Virus record (IMG/VR): IMGVR_UViG_3300042564_000716
Length of the DNA: 20,000 nucleotides
Source of the DNA: an uncultured virus (IMG/VR IMGVR_UViG_3300042564_000716)
Lineage: Duplodnaviria > Heunggongvirae > Uroviricota > Caudoviricetes
Reading direction: 5' to 3' (one strand)
The position numbers and the translations under genes are program-made. Positions 7,362 through 15,016 of the stretch are shown piece after piece. The notes below the pieces were generated by a model. That model did not search any database. It was not told the origin of the DNA and saw nothing but the letters and a program-made list of their open reading frames with translations. Within the stretch, counting starts at the first letter, position 1; every line of letters starts with the position of its first letter.

Positions 7362-7876
7362 AAGCACAGCCAACAACAAAACAACTTATTGAGATGCTGT
7401 ATGAGCGACTGCCTGAATTGTTTGACCGAGCCAAAGCACAGCCAGCACCTGTGCAGCCTGTGGCGTGGGTCCCCGTAACTGAGACATTGCTGCACGAACA
7501 GCACGCTTGGCTTTACGAGACAATGTGGATTGCCATGAAAGATGGCCGAGTGTTGAAGGGCCGCTATGAGTGGAGGCAGGGCCGCAAACCTGATCGTTTT
7601 TATTCCGATGGTGCTGGCGATGAATGGGCTTATGCCGCATCTCATGTCATGCCGCTGCAAGCACCCGCGCACCCAAGCACCACCCCACCCGCAGCACAAC
7701 CAGCACCTGCGCCAATGGCGCACATCGTGGGTGAGATTGACCACAATGGCAAAGTGTGGACACCCGCACAGCCAGCCGTGCCTGATGCGTTTGGAACGCG
7801 AGAGGGTGAGCATCCCCAATACATCCAAGGCTGGAACGACTGCCGGGCAGAAACTTTAAAGATGAGGAAGCCATGA
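7358..7876 (+). CDS. Modular phage accessory protein with AQPAP linkers, 172 aa
   Basis: ATGA coupling. Motifs AQPAPVQPVAW, PPAAQPAP and GWNDCR. Confidence 0.7.
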   Translation: MKAQPTTKQLIEMLYERLPELFDRAKAQPAPVQPVAWVPVTETLLHEQHAWLYETMWIAMKDGRVLKGRYEWRQGRKPDRFYSDGAGDEWAYAASHVMPLQAPAHPSTTPPAAQPAPAPMAHIVGEIDHNGKVWTPAQPAVPDAFGTREGEHPQYIQGWNDCRAETLKMRKP

Positions 7877-8040
7877 CAAAAGAAGAAGCCCTCGCAGCCA
7901 TCAAGCTGCTGTCCGCACTGGAGTCGTGGAGCTTCAGCTTAAAACAGACCATACCCGACTACCTGCACGAAGACCTTTGCAGGTCAATGGAAGTGCTGGA
8001 GAAGATTGTTTTGGAGCAACAAAGAAATGCGCAAGCGTAG
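7873..8040 (+). CDS. Hypothetical protein, 55 aa; absent from the ORF track
   Basis: Hand translation: MTKEEALAAIKLLSALESWSFSLKQTIPDYLHEDLCRSMEVLEKIVLEQQRNAQA*. GAGGA RBS and ATGA overlap. Confidence 0.7.
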   Translation: MTKEEALAAIKLLSALESWSFSLKQTIPDYLHEDLCRSMEVLEKIVLEQQRNAQA

Positions 8041-8509
8041 CAAGTACAAACCCAAGGGCGTACGCCTTGACAACATGGCGTGGGTGCAGTCGGGCCTTCG
8101 CCGAGTTGAGGACGTTAGCGAGAGCGCCACGATCAAGATCAGGAACCACGACGCGATGAACACCTTGCGGCTGGGCACTGCGACGAGAGCAGAGATTGAC
8201 ATCATCATCAGCGCGCTTAACGTGGCTGAAGCACTGGCCGACAGGGGGTGGGGCAAAGACTGGAAGCCGGAGATTCGCACGGGCCAAGACGCATTGCTTG
8301 CGCTGGCTAAGCGAGGTGTGGCCAACTCCATGCGGTTTATTGTCAAGGGTGAAGAACTCAAGGCACTGAACCTGTGCATGGAGGTGCATGACGCGCAGCT
8401 TGAAGCTGTCACTGTGCGCGAATTAGAGCTTGCCATGGACGACGTAATAGCGGCCCAGCGTTTAAAGAAGATGCGGCATATTGTGGAGACTCCCCATGCT
8501 GGTGTCTGA
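8027..8509 (+). CDS. Hypothetical phage protein, 160 aa (MRKRSKYKPK...)
   Basis: ATG 8027 after GGAG. Basic N-terminus and helical body. Confidence 0.75.
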   Translation: MRKRSKYKPKGVRLDNMAWVQSGLRRVEDVSESATIKIRNHDAMNTLRLGTATRAEIDIIISALNVAEALADRGWGKDWKPEIRTGQDALLALAKRGVANSMRFIVKGEELKALNLCMEVHDAQLEAVTVRELELAMDDVIAAQRLKKMRHIVETPHAGV

Positions 8510-8786
8510 TCTTGTCCAGTACGACTCCGTACTAAACTGTTTTGTTTTGAAAGCTCCTATGTATAAGCAACCCACATGGCCCGACGGCACAATCAAGTCC
8601 ATGAACAACGTGTTCAACTGGCGCGCGGGCACCACGGACTCTTCATCCTTAAAACCCAAGGCAACCAATGGCAGATCAAAAGACCTCAACTCCACTGGCA
8701 ACATCAACACGTACAGCAAAGCCAGCGTCACTCGTATCCCCTACGGTCGAACTAAAAAGCTTGAAAACTATTCGGCCAAAATATGA
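8496..8786 (+). CDS. Hypothetical protein, 96 aa
   Basis: ATG 8496 after GGAG. Fills the gap between neighbours. Confidence 0.55.
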   Translation: MLVSDLVQYDSVLNCFVLKAPMYKQPTWPDGTIKSMNNVFNWRAGTTDSSSLKPKATNGRSKDLNSTGNINTYSKASVTRIPYGRTKKLENYSAKI

Positions 8787-8842
8787 TTCGACGTGGCCCT
8801 TCCGCGTCGTTTACGGCACTATCCCAACCATGAAAGAAAACC

Positions 8843-9097
8843 ATGCAGCAAATTGAAATGTTCCCCGATTTGGAAACCAGCGCCGACGACATACAGGTCA
8901 GCGGCAACCACTACAAGGATATGCCCATCCAACCTTGGCACATCATGGAGGCCGTGCTGACAAACGAGGAGTTTGTTGGGTTTCTTAAAGGCAACGTGAT
9001 TAAGTACAGCCTGCGGGCTGGGCGCAAGGACGGCACCGATGACGCTGGCAAGGCCAAGCACTACATGCAGAAGCTCAAAGAAGTTCGGGGGTACTGA
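8843..9097 (+). CDS. DUF3310 / SaV-like protein (related to T7 gp1.7 nucleotide kinase)
   Basis: Motifs QVSGNHY, IQPW, FLKGNVIKYSLRAGRK and DAGKAKHY. Confidence 0.85.
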   Translation: MQQIEMFPDLETSADDIQVSGNHYKDMPIQPWHIMEAVLTNEEFVGFLKGNVIKYSLRAGRKDGTDDAGKAKHYMQKLKEVRGY

Positions 9098-9098
9098 G

Positions 9099-9482
9099 AT
9101 GGCAACGCCTGAAGCAAAAGTCAAGAAGTACATCCATGCGCTGCTCAAGGCGCATGGGGCCTACGCCGTCAACTACATTGGTGGGGTCAGTGCCAACAAC
9201 GGAACGCCGGACATCCTTGCGTGTCTCAACGGGCGGTTCATCGGCATCGAAGCCAAGGCTGGTAAGAACAAGCCCACCGACCTGCAAACTATTAACCTTA
9301 AAAGAATTGACGAAGCTGGTGGCCTTGCACTGGTCATCAACGAAACATGTCTTGTTACTTTGGAGTTAATGTTACGTGACCCAATCCAAGCCCGATCCAA
9401 TTACCACCTTTTTGCAAAACCACTCACCGAAGCTGACGGTGGAGCAAAAGCGCCAGCTAAACGCAAACCTAAAGAGGCGTGA
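9099..9482 (+). CDS. VRR-NUC domain nuclease (putative Holliday junction resolvase)
   Basis: Motifs TPEAKVK, GTPDI, FIGIEAK, PTDLQ and AGG. Confidence 0.85.
   Translation: MATPEAKVKKYIHALLKAHGAYAVNYIGGVSANNGTPDILACLNGRFIGIEAKAGKNKPTDLQTINLKRIDEAGGLALVINETCLVTLELMLRDPIQARSNYHLFAKPLTEADGGAKAPAKRKPKEA
9287..9309. repeat. Intragenic motif copy 7 (CC core): AACTATTAACCTTAAAAGAATTG
   Basis: 21/23 identical to AACTTTTAACCTTAAAACAATTG of repeats A/B. Confidence 0.75.
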
Positions 9483-10018
9483 ACGATATGCCAAAAAGAA
9501 AAATCTCAACTGGACCCCGGCAGGTGGACTGCTCGGACGGAGCCAAGATGCTGATCGACCAGATGAAGGAACACCCTGAAGAGTTCAGGAACTACGCTGG
9601 GAAGTTCACCAACATGCTGGATACGGCCCGCGAAGCCATGCAGGGGCCGCAGCGAAATGTACGCATGTCCATGCGCGATGCCGAGGCTATCTTGGATGCT
9701 GCTGAAACGCACCTCTACGAAGTGTGGCTGGCCGAGGATGTGCTGACCGCGATCATGCGGCCGGAGCCGAACGAAGAGCCCGTGAAATACCGCACTCCAG
9801 TCAAGGCGGGGCTTGGGACCCTGACGGGCTCGGTCATAGCCAACACGGCCTATAACAACCTTGCGTCCGGCTCCGTTACCGACACCAGCACCTCACAATA
9901 CATGGAGCAGGTGTACCGAATGGAGCAGGAGAAATACAGGCTGGAGATGGAGAAGCTACGGCAGCAAGACAACGAACACGCGATGCGCAGCACCAAACTT
10001 TTTAAGGGCTTCATATGA
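9479..10018 (+). CDS. Hypothetical protein (start uncertain)
   Basis: Long ORF with GAGG before the GTG and an ATGA overlap with the polymerase. Confidence 0.7.
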   Translation: MNDMPKRKISTGPRQVDCSDGAKMLIDQMKEHPEEFRNYAGKFTNMLDTAREAMQGPQRNVRMSMRDAEAILDAAETHLYEVWLAEDVLTAIMRPEPNEEPVKYRTPVKAGLGTLTGSVIANTAYNNLASGSVTDTSTSQYMEQVYRMEQEKYRLEMEKLRQQDNEHAMRSTKLFKGFI

Positions 10019-11904
10019 AATTAGTGGTACTGGATTGCGAAACATATTACGACCGCGAGTACAGCCTGAGCAAGATCACGACCGAGGACTACGTGCGATC
10101 GCCGCAGTTCGAGCTGATTGGTTTTTCCATCAAGACCAACGCTGGCCCCACCCAGTGGGTGGCCAAGCCCGACTGCACCGCGTTCCTCAAGTCCTTTGAC
10201 TGGTCTGATGCCATGGTCGTGTGCCAGAACACAGCGTTCGACGGAGCCATCCTCAACTGGCGATATGGTGTGAACCCGCAGGTGTGGGCGGATACGCTGG
10301 GCATGTCACGAGCGCTCTACCCGCACGACAGGGCGCACAGCCTCAAGGCGCAAGCCGAACGCATGGGCGTGGGCGTCAAGGGGGATGAGGTGCTGAACGC
10401 CATAGGCAAGCGCTACGCTGACTTCTACGATGTAGAGCTGGCACGCTACGCCTCTTACTGCATCAACGACGTGGAGCTGACGTACGACATCTTCATGAAG
10501 TACATGGCCATGGGTTTCCCTAAGCAGGAACTCAAGCTGATCGACCTGACGCTGCGCATGTTCATCGACCCTGTGCTGGAGCTGGACCCTAAGCTGCTGC
10601 GGGACCACTTGGAAACTGTCAAAGAGAACAAGCTGGCGCTGCTCGAAACCGTGCGGGACCACATGCTCAAAGACGCTGACCCGGAGTTCGTGCACGCGAT
10701 CTACACCGAAGGCATGGCGGGTATCAAGACCCTGCTCATGTCCAACGACAAGTTCGCACTGGCACTGCAGTCACTGGGCATCGACCCACCTACGAAAATA
10801 AGCCCGGCCACCAAGAAGACGGCATGGGCGTTTGCCAAAACTGATGAGGCGTTTAAGGCGCTGGAGGAGCACGAAGATGAGCGAGTACAAGCCCTTGTTG
10901 CCGCGCGACTTGGAAATAAAACGACACTTGAAGAGACTCGTACTGAGCGCTTTATTGGCATGTCTGGTCGAGGCCGTTTTCCTGTACCTCTTCGTTACTA
11001 CGGTGCTCACTCCGGCCGCTGGTCTGGGCAAGACTCTGTAAACCTGCAGAACCTGCCGTCACGCGGCGCGCACGCTGGCAAGATCAAGAAAGCCATCATG
11101 GCCCCTGACGGGTACGTGGTGATCGACTGTGACTCTGCGCAGATCGAAGCGCGGGTGTTGGCGTGGCTGGCGGGGCAGGATGACTTGGTGCAAGCGTTTA
11201 AGGACAAGCAAGATGTTTACAAACTCATGGCGACGAAAATTTACGGTATCGCGATTGGCGATGTCGACAAAACACAGCGTCAGGTTGGCAAAACTGTTGT
11301 TCTTGGGGCTGGTTACGGGGTCGGCCACGTTAAGCTACAAACATTCCTTAAAAACCAAGCGGGCGTTGAAGTTACGCTTGAGGAAGCCAAGCGCATTATT
11401 GACACGTACCGCAGCACCTCGTTCAAGATTGCCAATCTCTGGCGCAACGCGGGTGACGCGCTCAAAGCGATGCTGACTGGCCAGTCGATGCAGATCGACG
11501 TTGTGGGGCTGGTCAAAGCGATTCCCGGCAAGGGATTGACACTGCCCAGCGGGTTGCACATTCAGTACCCGGGCTTGCGGGAGATTGCCAACTCTGACAC
11601 GGGCAAGTTTGAGCTGGTCTATTACTCCAAGGGGCTGCCTGTTCGCATCTACGGCGGGAAGGTCGTGGAGAACATCTGTCAGGCGGTGGCCCGGCAGGTT
11701 GTGGCTGAGCAGATGCTGCGTGTGTCCAAGCGGTACAAGGTCGTGTTGACTGTGCATGACGCCGTGGCCATCATTGCCAAGAAGGAAGAAGCCGATGAGG
11801 CCCAAGCCTATCTGGAGGAGTGCATGAGCTGGAACCCTAAGTGGGCGGTGGGCTTGCCGCTGGCGTGTGAATCTGGTGTGGGCGCTTCCTACGGCGACTG
11901 TTGA
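10015..11904 (+). CDS. polA: Phage family A DNA polymerase with 3'-5' exonuclease domain
   Basis: ExoI LDCET, ExoII NTAFD, ExoIII YCIND. HSGRWS and NLQNLP. Motif A DCDSAQIEAR, motif B RQVGKTVVLGAGYG, motif C VHDA. Confidence 0.95.
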   Translation: MKLVVLDCETYYDREYSLSKITTEDYVRSPQFELIGFSIKTNAGPTQWVAKPDCTAFLKSFDWSDAMVVCQNTAFDGAILNWRYGVNPQVWADTLGMSRALYPHDRAHSLKAQAERMGVGVKGDEVLNAIGKRYADFYDVELARYASYCINDVELTYDIFMKYMAMGFPKQELKLIDLTLRMFIDPVLELDPKLLRDHLETVKENKLALLETVRDHMLKDADPEFVHAIYTEGMAGIKTLLMSNDKFALALQSLGIDPPTKISPATKKTAWAFAKTDEAFKALEEHEDERVQALVAARLGNKTTLEETRTERFIGMSGRGRFPVPLRYYGAHSGRWSGQDSVNLQNLPSRGAHAGKIKKAIMAPDGYVVIDCDSAQIEARVLAWLAGQDDLVQAFKDKQDVYKLMATKIYGIAIGDVDKTQRQVGKTVVLGAGYGVGHVKLQTFLKNQAGVEVTLEEAKRIIDTYRSTSFKIANLWRNAGDALKAMLTGQSMQIDVVGLVKAIPGKGLTLPSGLHIQYPGLREIANSDTGKFELVYYSKGLPVRIYGGKVVENICQAVARQVVAEQMLRVSKRYKVVLTVHDAVAIIAKKEEADEAQAYLEECMSWNPKWAVGLPLACESGVGASYGDC

Positions 11905-11945
11905 CTGGTAAACTGGGGGTCCAAACAAACCTCCGGGTCACTTCT

Positions 11946-12608
11946 ATGGCACTTGCACATTCCTATTCGTCGGTCAAAGATTACGAAGGATGTCCCCGTC
12001 GTTATCACGAAGTCCGTATCCTTAAAAAATTCAAGTCGCAAGACACGCAAGCAACCCTTTATGGCACCGCAGTACATAGCGCATTCGAGCACTACATCAA
12101 AGACGGCACCCCGTTGCCCGAGCAGTTCGCACAGTTCCAACCTTTCATCGAGCCTCTTGCCGCCGTTGACGGAGAAATCCGCTGCGAAGACAAAATGGCA
12201 ATCCGAGTTGACTTTAGCCCGTGTGGCTTTTTTGACAAAGACGTATGGTTCCGGGGAATACCGGACTACCTTGCCATCAGCACATCAGGAAAGACTGCTC
12301 GCGTAGCCGACTACAAGACTGGCAAGTCCAGCAAGTACGCGGACACCGCGCAGCTCGAACTCATGGCCGCCATGGTCATGCTGCACCACCCAACGGTTGA
12401 TAAAGTCAAAGGCGTACTGCTGTTTGTGGTGGTTGGCGACATCATCAAAGCTGAGTACACTCGCGCACAACTCCCCGAGATTCTGTCAAAGTGGGCAGGC
12501 AGAGCCGGGGCCATCGAGAAGGCCGTTGATGTGGGGGTGTGGAATCCTCGCAGTTCGGCCCTCTGCAAATTCTGCCCCGTCTTTTCATGTGAGCACCATC
12601 ATGGCTGA
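11946..12608 (+). CDS. PD-(D/E)XK Cas4/RecB-like exonuclease with a probable Fe-S cysteine cluster
   Basis: Motifs SYSS...CPRRY, GTAVH, RGIPD, DYKTGK and QL, with C-terminal CKFCPVFSC. Confidence 0.85.
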   Translation: MALAHSYSSVKDYEGCPRRYHEVRILKKFKSQDTQATLYGTAVHSAFEHYIKDGTPLPEQFAQFQPFIEPLAAVDGEIRCEDKMAIRVDFSPCGFFDKDVWFRGIPDYLAISTSGKTARVADYKTGKSSKYADTAQLELMAAMVMLHHPTVDKVKGVLLFVVVGDIIKAEYTRAQLPEILSKWAGRAGAIEKAVDVGVWNPRSSALCKFCPVFSCEHHHG

Positions 12609-12891
12609 TAAAAAACCACGCGATTACGTCGCCGAGTACCGCAATTATCAGGGCACACCTAAACAACTGGCCGCGCAGTCCGAGCGACACAAAGCGCGGC
12701 GTGCCTACGAGAAGGCCAACGGCACACTGCCGGACACCGTGGACGTCCACCATAAAAAGGCTATGTCCAAGGGCGGCAAAAACCATGCCTCCAATCTAGC
12801 GGCGATGCACGAGTCCAAGAACACCAGCTTTGCGCGCAAGAAGGACGGCTCCATGAAGTCCGAAATTTCCAAGCGCGAGCGCAAAAAATAA
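12601..12891 (+). CDS. Small HNH endonuclease-like protein
   Basis: RDY..EY N-terminus and the HNH pattern DVHHKKAMSKGG...SNL...N. Confidence 0.8.
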   Translation: MADKKPRDYVAEYRNYQGTPKQLAAQSERHKARRAYEKANGTLPDTVDVHHKKAMSKGGKNHASNLAAMHESKNTSFARKKDGSMKSEISKRERKK

Positions 12892-12947
12892 GGTACGATT
12901 TAACCGCCAGCGCCAACTGGCATCTGTGATTTTTCCTGTTGAGATTT

Positions 12948-12977
12948 AGCCGGGTAGGCAACTACCCGGCTTCTTTT
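12948..12977 (+). terminator. Rho-independent terminator
   Basis: 10-bp stem AGCCGGGTAG, GCAA loop, CTACCCGGCT, followed by TCTTTT. Confidence 0.85.
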
Positions 12978-13006
12978 GTCGTCCATCCATTTCTATTCAT
13001 CACATC

Positions 13007-14566
13007 ATGCAAATTATCGAAGACAGAGCGTTGCTGTTCAACACACGCAAAGCAGGGCAGATCACTGCCATCATCCCCAAAAGCAAAGTCGTTAGCAGCA
13101 ACGGCGACGTAGACCAGCTACTGGTCAATTGGGGATTCGATGAAGTGCAACTGCTGCGCAATATGGGCATCAAAGACGTGCCTAGCCCCATCCTCGGCCG
13201 GTACAAATGGCCCGGCATGTTTACCCCTTTCAACCACCAACGATCCACTGCAGAATTCTTAACGCTGTACTCGCGCTGCTTTGTGTTTAACGAGGCTGGC
13301 ACCGGCAAGACAAACGCAGCGGCGTGGGCAGCCGACTACCTCATGGCGCAAGGCAAGGTCAAGCGCGTGCTGATCGTGTGCCCTGTGTCGATCATGGAAA
13401 CTGCGTGGCGGTCCGACCTGTTCAAGACGCTGATGCACCGCACTGCGGCTATTGCGCAAGGCACCCGCACACAGCGGCAAAAGATCATCGCGGGCAACTA
13501 CGAATTCGTCATCATTAACTTCGATGGCGTGAAAGTCGTGGCCGATGAACTCTCCAAGGGCGGGTTTGATCTGGTCATCGTGGACGAGGCCAACGCCATC
13601 AAGAACGTGCAGACCGATCGGTGGAAGTGCCTCGCCGCGCTGATTACGCCAAGCACCCGGCTGTGGATGATGACGGGCACCCCTGCATCGCAGTCTCCGC
13701 TCGACGCCTACGGCTTGGCCAAGCTCGTGAACCCTGACGCTGTGCCGCGCTTCTTTGGATCGTTCCGTGACCGCGTGATGATTAAGATGTCGCAGTACAG
13801 GTGGGCCCCCCGGCAAGACGCGCAAGCTATCGTGCATCAAGTTCTGCAGCCCGCTATCCGGTTCACCAAAGCCGAGTGCCTTGACCTGCCGGACATGCTG
13901 TACTCCACCCGCGAGGTGCCGCTCACGCCCCAGCAGAGCAAGTACTATGACGCAATCAAAAAACAAATGGCGGTCATCGCAGCCGGTTCGGAAGTTACGG
14001 CCGTCAACGCAGCGTCCATGCTCAACAAGCTGCTGCAGATTTCTCAAGGCGCGGTCTACACTGACGACAAAGATGTGGTCGAGTTTGATGTGGACAACAG
14101 GGTCAACGAGCTGCTGGATGTGATCGCTGGCACCAACGAAAAGGTGCTGGTGTTCGTGCCCTACCGACACACGCTGGAGATGCTGCAGGACCGCATCATC
14201 AAGGCCGGGTACACCACGGCCACCATCCACGGTGGTGTGGCGGCGAACAAGCGCGCAGACATCATCAAGCAGTTCCAGACAGAAGACGACCCGCGCATTC
14301 TGGTGATGGTGCCACAGGCCACAGCACACGGGATTACCCTAACCCGGGCCAATCAAGTTGTGTGGTGGGGGCCGGTATCATCTACGGAGATTTACATCCA
14401 AGCCAACTCCCGTGCCCACCGCGCCGGGCAGAAGAACTGCGTAACCGTCACGCACCTACAGGGCAGCCCCGTCGAGCGGCGCATGTACACACTGCTGCAG
14501 GGGAAGATTGATCTTCATCTGGCACTGGTCGATTTATACAAACAAGTGCTTGACGACAAGATTTGA
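13007..14566 (+). CDS. SNF2-family (SF2) helicase
   Basis: Walker A EAGTGKT, motif II VDEAN, MTGTP, HGITLT and QANSRAHRAGQ. Confidence 0.92.
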   Translation: MQIIEDRALLFNTRKAGQITAIIPKSKVVSSNGDVDQLLVNWGFDEVQLLRNMGIKDVPSPILGRYKWPGMFTPFNHQRSTAEFLTLYSRCFVFNEAGTGKTNAAAWAADYLMAQGKVKRVLIVCPVSIMETAWRSDLFKTLMHRTAAIAQGTRTQRQKIIAGNYEFVIINFDGVKVVADELSKGGFDLVIVDEANAIKNVQTDRWKCLAALITPSTRLWMMTGTPASQSPLDAYGLAKLVNPDAVPRFFGSFRDRVMIKMSQYRWAPRQDAQAIVHQVLQPAIRFTKAECLDLPDMLYSTREVPLTPQQSKYYDAIKKQMAVIAAGSEVTAVNAASMLNKLLQISQGAVYTDDKDVVEFDVDNRVNELLDVIAGTNEKVLVFVPYRHTLEMLQDRIIKAGYTTATIHGGVAANKRADIIKQFQTEDDPRILVMVPQATAHGITLTRANQVVWWGPVSSTEIYIQANSRAHRAGQKNCVTVTHLQGSPVERRMYTLLQGKIDLHLALVDLYKQVLDDKI

Positions 14567-14577
14567 CAGTGTATAAT
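14550..14577 (+). promoter_or_regulatory. Sigma70-type promoter
   Basis: TTGACG (14550-14555), 16-nt spacer, TATAAT (14572-14577), upstream of 14615. Confidence 0.7.
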
Positions 14578-14614
14578 TTCAATTCGTTCAACGTAAATCA
14601 AAAGAGAAACTCCC

Positions 14615-15001
14615 ATGGATGCAAACACACTTGTGAAGGTCTACGTCAAGATTCGTGACGCTAAGGCCGCAAAAACCAAAGAGCTGGAAGCCGAGATTGC
14701 TGCGCTCGACGTGCAACTGGATACCATCGAAACAGAGCTGCTGGAACTGTGCAAGACCACAGGCCAAGACGGCGGCAAAACACAATTCGGATCGTTTCGA
14801 CGGTCTGTCAAGACGCGGTACTGGACGTCCGATTGGGATAGCATGTACCGCTTCATCAAAGAACACGACGCCCCGGAACTTCTGGAGCGCCGCGTAAGTC
14901 AGACGACCTTCAAGGAATTCCTGCAGGCCAACCCTGACAAATTACCAGAGGGTATGAACGTAGATTCCCGCTACGCAATTACCATCACCCGTGCACGTTA
15001 A
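14615..15001 (+). CDS. Conserved hypothetical replication-module protein, 128 aa
   Basis: Coiled-coil N-terminus and a T.FG..R...DWD..Y.FI motif. Lies between the helicase and the putative SSB. Confidence 0.8.
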   Translation: MDANTLVKVYVKIRDAKAAKTKELEAEIAALDVQLDTIETELLELCKTTGQDGGKTQFGSFRRSVKTRYWTSDWDSMYRFIKEHDAPELLERRVSQTTFKEFLQANPDKLPEGMNVDSRYAITITRAR

Positions 15002-15016
15002 ACCAAGGAAATCAAC

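Noticed and set aside
4217..7862. Weak motif-like half-sites near junctions (TAACTTTTGAA ~4218, GGTTTAAAG ~5436, TTAACTTTTTT ~5711, AAACTTTAAAG ~7851)
   Set aside because: Too degenerate to separate from AT-rich pre-RBS sequence without a PWM test.
11901..11914. Extended -10 promoter TGGTAAACT before the exonuclease
   Set aside because: Plausible, but the -10 is imperfect and there is no convincing -35, so support is insufficient.
13580..13594. DEAN instead of DEAH in helicase motif II as inactivation
   Set aside because: The catalytic DE and all other motifs are intact, so this is more likely a tolerated variant.
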